Assembly: GCA_008632985.1 (NCBI GenBank)
Contig: QPGO01000111.1
Coordinates: 186,001 to 250,000 of the forward strand
Direction of reading: 5' to 3'
Source of the DNA: Psammoneis japonica
Lineage: Eukaryota
Length of the DNA stretch: 64,000 nucleotides
Part shown: positions 49,673-60,874 of the stretch, one piece after another
How the letters are laid out: each line of letters opens with the position of its first letter
Position numbering within the stretch: position 1 is the stretch's first letter
The notes under the pieces: generated by a model
The model's input: the letters and a program-made list of their open reading frames with translations, nothing else
The model's database searches: none
What the model was told of the DNA's origin: nothing
Made by a program: the position numbers and the translations under genes

Positions 49673-51479
49673 TGGTTTGTCGTCCGCCACCACTCTCCTG
49701 GATGGAAACACTTTGATGTTGTTGCTGTTTCTCTGGACTGTTGCACAGTTGAGGAGGATGTGGTCATTGGCTGCAAAGCCTGCTGAACAACAAGATGTGT
49801 TGCTCAGCGATTGGCGCCGTGTGACTGACAGCGACTGCACTTTTGTTGCTCCCAACCAAACAAAACTGCCATTGAAGGTCAGCGCTTGCTCAACATGAGT
49901 GAGTTGATGTGAAATTGATGCAACCAGGATTTCCAACAACATTGCCGTTGCATGTGTTGTTTGAGTGGGTCACCCCAATGACACATGAGTGGGCCAAGCA
50001 ATGCCACAATGATGCGCAGTCAATTTTTCAGAGAAATGCATTCTTGTCAGCTCTCTTAGACTGGATGGGAAAATGAGTCACATGTGGAGGGATGGACAGA
50101 TTGACCAAAGCATGAGTCATCCAAAGTGACAAAAACAAAACACAGAAAGTGGTGAGGAACCCAACAACACATGGATGCCATGATGTGTTGTTGGCCACAA
50201 AGACGTGCTGGATGTCATCAAGCAGAAGTCATCGATTGGTGACTTAGCATGGCATGTTGCTCCTGATGTGGCTGCAATTGCATGAAGTGGCTTTGTGAAG
50301 GTGATGTCGAGCAATCCACATGGTCTTAGCTTGTGCAGCTGTTTCCTAAAATTTTTGCATTGGTCATGTGACATGAGCTTCCTCGGCATCTTTGTGTGAG
50401 AAGCTGGGTCCAAATTTTGAGTGCAGATGGACTGGATCTTCTTTGACAAAATCAACGGCTTTGGTTGACTTGTTGGTCATGGTTGCTCAAGGGAAAAAAT
50501 CAAATTCCTGCATGGAATGCTGGCATGCTGTGTTCTGTGGTGGTCCACCCAAAATCAGTTGGCGGGAACAAATTGTTGAGATGGAGATGGCGTTTTCTCA
50601 ATGAAAATGTGGCTCCATGGCACAAATTTTGCTTGGTGTGGGCATCACGATGACAGAGGAATGGCGTGATGTTGTCACAACCTGATGGACAGAGGGTCTC
50701 CATTTGACATTGAGCTCCACAGCATGACAATTTAATCAATGGGTGCACTCATCTTCAACATCAACCAAACGACCAAGTTTGTGGTGCAATTGTGCCTCTC
50801 ACCACGATGTTTTTGCAATTGCACACCTGCCCTGCATGATTCTCAAGACATTCAAGAATCACGCTGCAACAAAAAATGCCAAATGTTGTTGGATGGATTG
50901 CTTGACAAGTGTGCCACAAAATGACACAAAATTCCACAAAAGTCACACAGAGTGCACGTGTGCAACATGCGGCGCAATCCAAAAAACTGTCGATGTCACA
51001 GCTCAGCACTGCGAGGTTTTCCACCCAGAGCTGGAACACATCACCAGCACAATCTGCGGTGTGCTGGGACAGTGATGACAACACAGTGCTGGTCGGAAAG
51101 AAAGTGGAGGAGAGATCGGATGAGATCCTCTGCAATCCAGGTGTCCCAATGTCTGTCCATGGCCAGGGCAAGAGGAAGTCACTTTTGGGGGAAAACCTGG
51201 GTGATGGGGGCAGTTTGGCAGGAAGGAATGCCTGAAAGGGCTCAGGGAGTTGCCTCAAACTTGTTGACACTAAAGTGTCATGTGCGCCATTTGTGGCTGA
51301 ACAACTCATTTGTTGACAACAACATGTTTCATCACATCTGCACTCTTGCAGCCAAAAAAAGACATTTGGGCTGCTGCCCAACCTTCCCATGTGAACAAGC
51401 CACATTTTCACGACAAACAAATGGGCGTTTGTCATTTGAGTCATTCATTTCAAAAAGTCACAAATGCCAAGAAACTGAA

Positions 51480-52805
51480 GATGGTTTCAGCAAAAAAATT
51501 TTGAGGCTGATGGTTTCAACAAAAACCAACAGTTTCAACAGTTTTTGTTGAAACTGTGATGTCAGTGTTTTCAATGAATTGACTTGCTCAAGGCAAAATG
51601 AGTTGATGCGAGATGCCACGTGCTGACCTGAGCATGGAATTCTGTGTCAGATGAGATGTGTGTTTTGCACAAGTTGCCATGGTGGTGAGCGGCTGTTTTT
51701 GACAACAACTTCTTTTGACTCAATCACTGTGGAGTTGGCACCAATTGATGACATGAAGCACAAATGATGTGTTTTGCCAAGGAACTGACATGACATTGTG
51801 TGCTTGTTGCTTGAATGGACCTGCTGTGTCAACAGGATTTTTGCTGTCTGCTGCACATTGCACCACACAAAGTCAATGCACAAGGTGGCTAAACTGGATC
51901 TGCACGTCACATCAACAATCATGTGGACCAATTTTGATGCATCTGACTCAGCGGGGTTCTTGTTTGTGCGAGGTTTGATTTTTGAGCAAGGAGTCAAAAT
52001 GGCCTGAGAAAAGTGTGCAGAAACTTTTCATTTGAAGGTTTCTGAAATCTCCTTTTGACCCTTCAACCACCAGGGGAGCAAATCTCCGCGGGTGGAGATT
52101 TGCTCCACTTGAGGATTTGTGACATGTCATGCACTTTTGCGACAATGCAATGAACATGGCACAAAAATGTCATGTCAAGTGCAACCTGTGCAAAGCATGC
52201 CATGTGCACTCACTTGTTGGGAGAAGTGTGGTGTCATTGCTCCATTTGTGACAGCAATTCATGACAACCTTCATTGTCAAAGGTTGAGAGATTCAGCTCC
52301 TCTCCATTCACAGATGAAGCTTGCAAAAAAACCTTTGTCAAAAGTTGACATTGAACTTTCTAAATTGCAAAAAGGGCCCCCCCAGATTTTTGGCCGTGGA
52401 GATTTTCTCAAGTCCAGTGGTTGAAGGGTCAAGTCTGTGGTTGTTTTGCTGAACACAACAAGAAGATGCACCAAATGAACTGTGGCGGTTCCAATGGCAT
52501 CATTTGCATTGTCATAAAGTGGAAATTTGATGCTGCTGTGGGTGCCGCCATCTTTGCTCTCCCTTGTGTTTGTCATGCGTGTTGGCACAAGAACATTGGC
52601 AAGCATGGATCTCCAAACTGTGACTTCACTTTCAACATTCCAGTGCATGGTTTCAACACTTTTTGTTGAAACTGTTGGTTTCAACAGAATGAAAACTGTT
52701 GAAGCCGCGCTTGCTTCAACAAAACATTTTCAGCTTCAACAGAATTTTGTTGAGGCTGTGCAGCTTCAACAGATTTTTTGTTGAAGCCGTCAGTTTCAAC
52801 AATTC
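51480..52805. repeat. Two clusters of TTCAACA/TGTTGAA palindromic motifs flanking ~1.1 kb
   Basis: Cluster 51480-51558 (GTTTCAACAGTTTTTGTTGAAAC) and cluster 52647-52802 (GTTTCAACACTTTTTGTTGAAAC, GCTTCAACAGAATTTTGTTGAGGC, GCTTCAACAGATTTTTTGTTGAAGC). Confidence 0.65.
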
Positions 52806-54676
52806 TTTGACGTCTGTTGAGATTGTTTGACTCAGGCATTTGTGCCAATGTAAGTTGACATCATGTGAGGCAATGCACAGCACCACAACGGCTGTGTGTC
52901 TGCCATTTTTTGACTGGAAATGTCTTTTTTACGCAAACCAGTTTCACACAGTCTGGCAATGCACTTTCAACAGATTTGAGGTGAATTTTAGGGGAGGGAA
53001 CAAAAACGAGCAGATTGCGGCAATTCCGGAACTATTTGGTTTAGGCGGATGTGCTTTCTAGCACTTTTGATTCTGTCACGCGCTGTTGTCGATCCACTGC
53101 CGGAAGCACAGAACATCAATGCACTCAGTTGCTCAGTCTAAAATGATGCAACACCATGCATTTGGAGCTCGCTGCTGTTGCTGTTGCACACGGTTGCACC
53201 ACAGATTGATCTTCTTTGCTGCTGAGCTGGCGCTGATGTCCTCAGATGCAAGCTCGTCATCTCCCAGATTCTCGTGATCATCCTGCTGCTTTGTCGCTCA
53301 TGTGCCAACAAGCATTTCATGAGAAAAAGTGAAACCCTGAAATGTGAGTTACAAAGATGACAGTGCACAAAACTGAGCTGAGAGAAGATGAGCGGGTGAT
53401 CGCATGAACAACAAGATGCAATCGCACAGGTCTCACAACGAAAACACACACACCGGATGCGCGGCATCAAAAAAGAAAGATGTGTTGTCAATGTGGCAAT
53501 GAAAAGATGCTGCATCAATGTGGCAATGAATGAAGCAGCTGTTGAAGAGACAGCAGACATGAGGGTTGGTTGGGTGTGTCATCTGAACAAAAAGATGTTG
53601 CCAGCAGCTCACCGGTTGTGTTTCGTCAGAAAAAAATCAGGCGGCATGTGCTGCATGGCAACAAAAAGATGCTGCAGCTGCAGAGAAGCTGCAGCAGCTG
53701 TTGTTGATGAACTGCACTCCAAACTGTTGAAGCAGCAGCATTTGGCAGGTGATGTGTGGTGTCTCACAGTGCTGCAACATCTGCGGTGCACGTGGTGTGT
53801 CAAATCGCGCAGGGGTGCACGGGAAACTCCCAACGCACAATTTTTTCTTCTCATGTGTCTCAAGCACATGCACAAAGCAGCGTCATTCGTGGCTTTTCCC
53901 AGGGATTTCATGCTTCCGACAAAAATTGCAGCAAAAGGTGGCAATCCCGGGAAACTTTGGGGAATCCCTCGCAGCAAAACCAAACTGAAGGTCGCGTGCG
54001 ATGCGCCACGCTGGCACACACGACTCATGACTCACGACTCGGTCGGCTGACACATTGAACTGTGGCTCCTGTGTTGTGTGCATCCCTTCCATCAAGAGTG
54101 TTGATGATGATGTTTGAGCATTGTTGGCATTGGAGGTGTTCAAAAAAATCAAAGTGTGTGTGAAAAAGCTCCCCACACCTCTCAAACAAAATCCTGCCCA
54201 TGACAACTCTCAAAGTTCTTCCCACAGCCAACACACAACTGCACTGGAAATGGGAGGATGTCTGGCACATGGTCTGATGATGATTGCACAAGGACAAAAA
54301 TGGGGAAGTCTGCAGTTGACCTTGAACGTCGGAGAGGGAGATTTGTCGTGTGGGCACAATGAAACTGTGAGCCAGCCTGTCTGTAAAGTCGTTGATGAGG
54401 CCGGCTGTCCAGCAGTTCCTCCCAGCCAGATGGAAGAAGAAGAGAAAAGGAAAAGGAAGGAAAAAATAAACATCAACGAAGGTTTGAAAGGGTGCGCTGC
54501 AGTGCCGCAGTGTGCACAGCAGTGAAGACGGACGTAGACAGGTGCAGACGCGCTGCGTGGAATTTGGTGCGAAGTGTCACACATTTATGTGCGCAGAAGG
54601 ATGTGGATCACCAACGGCTGGAATGAAGCAGCACACCACACAGCAGTGAGTGCAGCTCTGTCATCACGGCGCTAGA

Positions 54677-55492
54677 ATGGCAGAGGACAACATCGTTGCG
54701 TCTGGCAAAGCAGAGGATGCAGCAGCTCCGGAAGTCATGGCAGAACTCACGGGCACCGAAGGCGCGGCGGCAGCTGCCATGACTGCACTTGGCGCCGAGG
54801 GAAGTGCCGAGGGTGTGTCCGTCAAGTCCGAACGCGCAAGGATGTCGGAGAAGCCGGCGCAGTCCCAAACTGAAAAGAGTGAGAAAGCCATGCCGCCGGA
54901 GCCAACCTTTCAAATTTGTGGTTGGAATGAAGCACAGCAGCTGGGTTGCACCGCCAAGCAGCTCCTTGAGGCCGGTTGCAAGATCGAGTTGGTGGGTGAT
55001 CAGGCCACCTTTGTGAAACCGGAGGTCCTGCCTTTTTGCAGCGGCAAAAGCGAGGAGGCAGCCAAGCCTGCGGCCAAAGTGGTCGCGAAAGCAACGGCAG
55101 AAGAGGAAGAAGAAGGAAAGCAATTTCCGGGCCCCAACGATCCGTCATTCGACTTGTGGGACTGGGTGTTGCGGCACGAAAAATCCGATAAATTCCAGGA
55201 GTCCATGTGCCTGATGAAGGATGCGCCGAACAATCCCGACCTCTGGTTCCCCGTGCTGGGAGAACTGGGGTGCATCAGGAGCGACCCTGAAGCCATCGCG
55301 AATGCTCACGGCGAACACTGCAAGTGGGTGTGGAGGTGCCGCACGGAAGTCGGCGAGAGGGGCATCCCAGACTCGACGCCGAAGAGCAACAAAGTGTTCA
55401 AGACCGCCGTCGAGGCTTTCGAAGCGGGGTGGTCGCTCGCACTGGTCTGTCTCGTGAAGAGAGCAAGCACAGAAGTGTGCACATTTGGATGA
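54677..55492 (+). CDS. Ala/Glu-rich ORF, probable N-terminal part of the SET-domain gene
   Basis: Protein-like, Tyr-free ORF overlapping the SET frame; probable frameshift at ~55470-55490. Confidence 0.5.
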   Translation: MAEDNIVASGKAEDAAAPEVMAELTGTEGAAAAAMTALGAEGSAEGVSVKSERARMSEKPAQSQTEKSEKAMPPEPTFQICGWNEAQQLGCTAKQLLEAGCKIELVGDQATFVKPEVLPFCSGKSEEAAKPAAKVVAKATAEEEEEGKQFPGPNDPSFDLWDWVLRHEKSDKFQESMCLMKDAPNNPDLWFPVLGELGCIRSDPEAIANAHGEHCKWVWRCRTEVGERGIPDSTPKSNKVFKTAVEAFEAGWSLALVCLVKRASTEVCTFG

Positions 55493-56136
55493 GGCGCCGT
55501 GTCACTCAACCTGCATTGTTTTGCCTCGAAAAGTCCGTTCGCTCTGCAGGCCTCAAGGAGGTGGAGTTGGGCGAGCTGCGCGCATCGCAACGGAGGGGCG
55601 CAGGCATTGGTTTTTTTGCTTTGCGCCAGTTCCAGAAAGGCAGTGCGGTTGGAATCTACGTGGGCCCCAGGGTGCCCGGTGCGACGAGGAGCTGCTCGTG
55701 GTGCGACCACAACAGCAAGTTTGGAGAAGACCACAGCGTGTGCTGCTCCACCATCCATGACAGCGAGGGCTGCCACGTCACAGTGGAGCCAAAACCGCTT
55801 GATTTTAGCGGTCCAGGGAACAAGAATTCCCATCCACTCCACCTCGGAATGCACTGCGTGAACGATGCCACCGAGTCATTCAAGGACAAGAAGAAGATCA
55901 AGGCAAGCCAACACGCGGACAACAACTGCGAGTTCTACAACGATGGGTGCTTGGCAGTCACGAAGCGAATCATGCCCGGGGAGGAATTTCTCTGCAGATG
56001 CAACTTGGACGAATCGGAGAAGAAGAAGAAGAAGAGGAAGGCGACGTCGGGTGCCATGAATCGGAAGAAGAAATCGTGTCTACTCCCCAAGTCGGGGGGG
56101 AGAAGCTCCACGTCTGGCAAAACGTTTGCCGTGTAG
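55324..56136 (+). CDS. SET-domain protein (putative lysine methyltransferase), hypermutated
   Basis: GAGIGFFALRQFQKGSAVGIYVG (SET-N GxG.FA...I.KG..I..Y.G), MHCVND (RFxNH-like), NNCEF, VTKRIMPGEEFLCRCN (I..GEEL..xY, with the Tyr read as Cys), basic tail. Confidence 0.8.
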   Translation: MGVEVPHGSRREGHPRLDAEEQQSVQDRRRGFRSGVVARTGLSREESKHRSVHIWMRRRVTQPALFCLEKSVRSAGLKEVELGELRASQRRGAGIGFFALRQFQKGSAVGIYVGPRVPGATRSCSWCDHNSKFGEDHSVCCSTIHDSEGCHVTVEPKPLDFSGPGNKNSHPLHLGMHCVNDATESFKDKKKIKASQHADNNCEFYNDGCLAVTKRIMPGEEFLCRCNLDESEKKKKKRKATSGAMNRKKKSCLLPKSGGRSSTSGKTFAV

Positions 56137-56358
56137 TGTGCTCTGTAAATTGGCAGCACAGTGTGTTGGTGTTTTTCAGCGAAACTGCAGCATCAGTTGG
56201 AAAGGCGCAGCCGCAGTTGTGGTTCGAAAAATGGGAACAAGGAAGAACAGAAAGTCGGTAAATTTGCACAAATCTGGTGAATTGGCAGGCACCTGCATGG
56301 TCGCCTGAGCACAGAAAGTCAGCAAATTTACGCAAATTTAGCAAGTTATTTTGTGCTG

Positions 56359-57792
56359 TCACAGTCGCCTGAGAATGGTCTCTTCCTCTAGAGAAAGGGG
56401 GATTGAATTGTTGTTCTTGCCCACTGCAGCACTCTTCAGGTAGAGAGACACACAGAAGAACTCGTCGTTTGAGTTTGTCCTGCTGGAGATGCAGTGGTGC
56501 TTGGTGGGGTTAAAAATGATGACATCACCAAGCCGGAGTGCAACGGAGATGCCTTCGGCAGGGAAGCAGAAGTGCGCCACAATCCCGTCATTCATGGTGC
56601 AGCTGCCGGACGGAGGGACTCCCACCACGGTGACTGCTGACAGGAAGAAGTCCTGGTCCCGATGGGCGTTGAGGAAGACATTGCGCCCAGCCGCCAGAGA
56701 GGAGAAAATGCCATCTGACCACACCAGGGATTTCCAGTTGTGAAACTTTTTGACACGAGCGACACCCTGGAGGATGGCATGGTCCACGTGCTCATTGACA
56801 AGGTGCTCCATGCGTGAAAGAAGTCTGGTGAGGTGGTGAGTGTGTTGGTCGGCTGTGCCAGGCTGCTTGCAAGAAATTCGAGCGTCCCTCGTGGCAGCCA
56901 GGCCAATCGTGGAACACTTGCTCCTGTCCGTCTCCATGAAGGCAACGCATTGTTTGCCGCGCACGGTGGACTGGGCGGTGCAGCATTCTAGTGCTTCGAG
57001 CGCTCGGCACTGAGCAACTGGTTCTGCTGGGTTGGGGGAGCTGAACACCACAGCAGAACGCGGCAGCAGGGTGCAGGTGTTGTCGCAGCGGCAACCGTCC
57101 AAGCCAAAGAAAGGCTTCAGATTGAGCACAGGGTCACAGACGACCAGAGGAGCCAATTCGGCAAAGTCAATGTCAGCAAGACAAGGTGGTGCAGGCTGAG
57201 TGTAGTCGCCGTTATAAACTAGAGTGCGGTCAGCTACGCAGTGCACGGAGAGACTCTTAGTGGTGCACGGTGCGAGTGGAACGAGGCGAGTGATCTTGGA
57301 TGTTTTCCTGCTGGCGCGGCTGCGGATTCGCCTGCGGCTGCGGCGGGCCTTACGAAGTGGTGGTTGAGCCCTCAACACGTTCTCACACATCCTGGTGCAC
57401 ATTGACGATGCGGTGTTCGCAGAGAACGTGTGTGCAAACTTGCCGGTAAATGTTCCGCTGCTTGACACTGTCACTGTCGTCTCAACAGTGCCCAAAGCAG
57501 AACTCTGTCGACAGGGACCGGCGGACTCCAGGGGAGTGGGGTCAAAACCCAATCGAGAGATGTGTCTGCTTTCCATTGCCTCAAGAGCACCCAAAGCAAA
57601 ACTCTGTTGACAGGGACTGGCAGACTCCAGGGGAGTGGTGTCGAAACCCAATCGCGAGAAGCATTTGCTTGTTGTCGGGCTGCGAGCTGCACGTCCCAAA
57701 CCCCCACACTGTCGAGACCGGCTGTAACTCGATCGCGACAAGTGCTTGTCGTTGGTGGGACGACGCAGCGAGGCACGAGGCAGTTGCGACAT
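56359..57792 (-). CDS. TET/JBP-like 2OG-Fe(II) dioxygenase, hypermutated
   Basis: IFSSLAAGRNVFLNAHRDQD (HxD), HFCFPAEGISVALRLGDVIIFNPTKHHC (GD...F...distal H), CVSLYLK. N-terminus has a 99-nt duplication (SRLGFDxTPLESAxPC x2) and an Arg-rich NLS-like stretch. Confidence 0.68.
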   Translation of the reverse strand: MSQLPRASLRRPTNDKHLSRSSYSRSRQCGGLGRAARSPTTSKCFSRLGFDTTPLESASPCQQSFALGALEAMESRHISRLGFDPTPLESAGPCRQSSALGTVETTVTVSSSGTFTGKFAHTFSANTASSMCTRMCENVLRAQPPLRKARRSRRRIRSRASRKTSKITRLVPLAPCTTKSLSVHCVADRTLVYNGDYTQPAPPCLADIDFAELAPLVVCDPVLNLKPFFGLDGCRCDNTCTLLPRSAVVFSSPNPAEPVAQCRALEALECCTAQSTVRGKQCVAFMETDRSKCSTIGLAATRDARISCKQPGTADQHTHHLTRLLSRMEHLVNEHVDHAILQGVARVKKFHNWKSLVWSDGIFSSLAAGRNVFLNAHRDQDFFLSAVTVVGVPPSGSCTMNDGIVAHFCFPAEGISVALRLGDVIIFNPTKHHCISSRTNSNDEFFCVSLYLKSAAVGKNNNSIPLSLEEETILRRL

Positions 57793-58158
57793 GGTGTGTC
57801 TCAATTTGAAATGTGTTTCAAAACACAACGACGGAAGTGTTGTCGCGTTGTTTTTGTCTCCGCGGAGGGAGGATCATCCCATGGCAATCTCAGTGCGAGT
57901 TCTCGCGTAGAAGTGCGTCACGTGCCGTGCCAGCTCGTGCGTTTGAATTGCACGGACACACAAGCACGGCAACGATGAGAAGCAGGCCGAGATTCAAAAC
58001 AAATTTTACCACCCAAAGGCGTCTCATCATTTCAACGCATCTGCATGTCTGTTTGAAATGACTTCATGCGTCGCTCCATGCGCAGGTAGAGGCAGCACGC
58101 CGCGTTTGAAAATTTTGCGCGCGCAGAGGGCGTGACGGCAATTTTACGCATTCTGCGC

Positions 58159-58974
58159 ATGTCACAGTTTGGTTTGGAAATGCGACATCTGGTCAAACCC
58201 GCTGCAAGCAAGGTTGATGTTGCCACAAGGTTGGATGCGATGAACCATCGTCACAGAAGTGTTGGGGAGTTTTATCTTCAAACGGCTCCGGACTCCGCGT
58301 TCCAGAGCAGGCGTGTCTCCGGAGACGGAAGCGGATCTTCGCACGGCGGCGAAGTTGGCTTCGCTTTGAGCAGCGAAGTGTTTTTGAACGAACGCCTTCT
58401 TGGCATGAATCACACCTGCGACACATCTGTCGACATGGGCGGGGGAGTTGCCGGACCCAGCATCGGGCTCAAGTTACTTCGTCGCCGTTGCACCATGGTG
58501 AGCATCGAGGCCGACCACGATCATCACCAAGAGGCTGTACGTTGGGCTCATCGTGCTGGCCTTTGCTCGAACGGCGGGTCAGAGTTGATCAGCAAGTCAT
58601 TCTTGGACGAGAGGCTGGCTCCTTTGTGGAAAAAGAAAGGACTCAAGGTGTTCTTCAACAACTGCAACTCCCGCATGGTCGACGACAAGAACACACAGCA
58701 GAAGGCAGAGGCGATGCTTTTGAAGTTGTGTCGTGCTGGGACCGTGGTGGTGGCGCTAGATCCGCTGTTCACGTCGTGCGCGGGAGAGTGGATGTGCGAG
58801 TCCTTCACAGCGGATTGCCATGATGGCGACTTTTTGTGGCACAGCGGAGACGTGAAACATCTCGTCTTCCACAAGTGCACCAAGAAAGAGGAGACTTCTC
58901 AGTCAACCAGCCAGCACATGCGACGTCCCACTCCGACACACTTGGAACGGAAGCATTTGCCCGTCGCGAAATAG
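58159..58974 (+). CDS. DOT1-like class I SAM-dependent methyltransferase, hypermutated
   Basis: SHGGEV (YGE), SVDMGGGVAG (motif I), VSIEAD (motif II), VFFNNCN (FVNN), LCRAGTVVVALDPL (GTxIVSL), in the order expected for DOT1. Confidence 0.65.
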   Translation: MSQFGLEMRHLVKPAASKVDVATRLDAMNHRHRSVGEFYLQTAPDSAFQSRRVSGDGSGSSHGGEVGFALSSEVFLNERLLGMNHTCDTSVDMGGGVAGPSIGLKLLRRRCTMVSIEADHDHHQEAVRWAHRAGLCSNGGSELISKSFLDERLAPLWKKKGLKVFFNNCNSRMVDDKNTQQKAEAMLLKLCRAGTVVVALDPLFTSCAGEWMCESFTADCHDGDFLWHSGDVKHLVFHKCTKKEETSQSTSQHMRRPTPTHLERKHLPVAK

Positions 58975-59196
58975 CCAATTTTGCTTAAGAACTCAACTGA
59001 ACTGTTTTTTTGCTGTCACTGTGCTGGACGTCACATGCCAGTTGCTCCACTCAATTCGCCATTGCTTTGCGGTAACGTAAAGTTGTCGTCGGAGATGGCA
59101 CACACTTGAAGAGACAGAGGAAAGCTGAGTTGCAATCGACACTTAGTTTGCTGAACATTTACAAATTTACACTGCACCGGCAAAAAAAAAAACAAC

Positions 59197-60069
59197 TCAG
59201 TCTTCGTCGCTGTCCTGAAGCACCAAGTCGTCATCGACGTTCAGGTCAACTTCGCAGTTGAGCTCGACATCATCGTCGGCATCTTCTCCAGCTTCTTCTG
59301 CCGGAGCTCCAATGAGACGACAGAGTTCCATGGGCAACGACCCCTCGTAGAAGTGACTGTGAAGTGAGTTCTTGTTTTGGGCGTGCCAACCGATGTGAAA
59401 CTGACCACCTTCCTTCTGAAGCTCGGTGAGCGCCGCCTCATTGCCGATCACTTCGGACCAAACAGCATCCTTCATCCAGAAGAAGTCGTCTTCAACGAAG
59501 ACCTCGGTGTTGTTCTCAGGGTCATCGTTCAGCTGCTTCGCAATGCACTTCCCGAGGCCGCGCACTTTAGCATCAGTTGGGACTTCTTCGAGGAAGATGA
59601 AGAAGAGACGCACGGCGCAGTTCTTGGCGTTCGTCTGCAACTTGCCCTCGTGAACCCACCTGCCAGCGCAAGGGTGGAATCCGACTTGAACCGCCCACGG
59701 AGTCCTGCTGCGAAGGTCATCAAACAGAACCTTCTCCGACCAAACATTGGTTGGAAGGGGATTCTTGGCTTGGAGACGAAAAACGACGCCTTTCTTGCGG
59801 CCGACAGTGACGGTGGCGCAGCGCAGGAGGGCGTCCTTGTCGGAATGGCTGCCATCGTCAGAACCGGCAGATTTGGAAAGCTTGAACCCGTGCTTGGCAA
59901 GGCAGTCTTCCGGTTTAAGGTCGTCGTCGGTCAAGCCGTTGGTCTTGCGGGGCGGACTTAGTTTCTTCAACAGAGCATCAGAAAACTTCGTCTTTGCCTT
60001 CTTCTGTTTGGTTTCGGCGACTTTGGCTTTCGCAGCCGGGGAGGTCGTTGTGTTTCTTTTGCGTGCCAT
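59197..60069 (-). CDS. Uncharacterised protein with basic N-terminus and acidic C-terminus
   Basis: 290-aa open frame from MARKRNTTTSPAAKAK to ...DDDLVLQDSDED; protein-like and very Tyr-poor. Confidence 0.65.
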   Translation of the reverse strand: MARKRNTTTSPAAKAKVAETKQKKAKTKFSDALLKKLSPPRKTNGLTDDDLKPEDCLAKHGFKLSKSAGSDDGSHSDKDALLRCATVTVGRKKGVVFRLQAKNPLPTNVWSEKVLFDDLRSRTPWAVQVGFHPCAGRWVHEGKLQTNAKNCAVRLFFIFLEEVPTDAKVRGLGKCIAKQLNDDPENNTEVFVEDDFFWMKDAVWSEVIGNEAALTELQKEGGQFHIGWHAQNKNSLHSHFYEGSLPMELCRLIGAPAEEAGEDADDDVELNCEVDLNVDDDLVLQDSDED

Positions 60070-60874
60070 CGAATCAGTCGGAGAGAATTTGTGGGAACAA
60101 AAAGTGCGATCGTTCAGAAGTGCCAAGAAAGACCCAGCAGAGCTGCGCACATCACACCAAGGAGAACTGGCAACGTCAGCAACCAGATTCAAACACGTCG
60201 AACTGCAACAAGGCAACCTTCCAGGTGTCAGCACTTGCAAGTGGTGCATGGGTTCAATTTGAACAAAACAGACACAAGGATCGGAGCACGCAAAGTCACA
60301 CTAAGTTTGCTGAAAATGCGCAAAATCACGTGCAATTCCGTCCATGCTTCGTGTGTGTTTCAGCCGTTGCTGCTGCGTGGCCATCGCGCACGAAATCTAG
60401 TCGCCAAACGGTTGACGCCATCGCTGTCACTGCATGCTGCACCGGCAGTTAGCCAAGGTGGGCCCATCACCCATTTGGAGGATTCGCACGCACTTTGGAA
60501 ACACGAATGACGTCAATCGCACTGTCATTGCCACACGACTAACTCAACTGCCCCGCCACTCGTTAAAGCGTGATTCTACGGAATTTACGCAAAGCTGCGC
60601 CCACCACCAAGATTGCCGAAACAACTTGAACAAGATCCGAATCTTGCCCCATGGAATGTTCAGAGCAGATGGTCAAAACAACTTGAACAAGATCCAAGTC
60701 TCATCCCATGGGATTTCAACGTTGACGAAACTAAGTGGGATGTTGCACGTCTGGTGCGAAGAAGGACGTGGGAGGAACGCACACGTCACTCTTCCGTCGA
60801 GGTGAAAGAGGCACACTTTCGTCACACTTTTTTGTGACAGAACCTTTGCGCAAAGGGAAACGAAAAGCATCCAA

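Noticed and set aside
49900..52600. KDZ/MULE transposase or tyrosine recombinase near the TET/JBP-like gene
   Set aside because: I looked for catalytic motifs but found no convincing ordered set; the sequence is too degenerate to call by eye.
44260..54600. Many overlapping Cys/His-rich ORFs as real metal-binding proteins
   Set aside because: Loss of TA removes TAA/TAG stops in all six frames and inflates Cys/His codons, so long ORFs are expected by chance.
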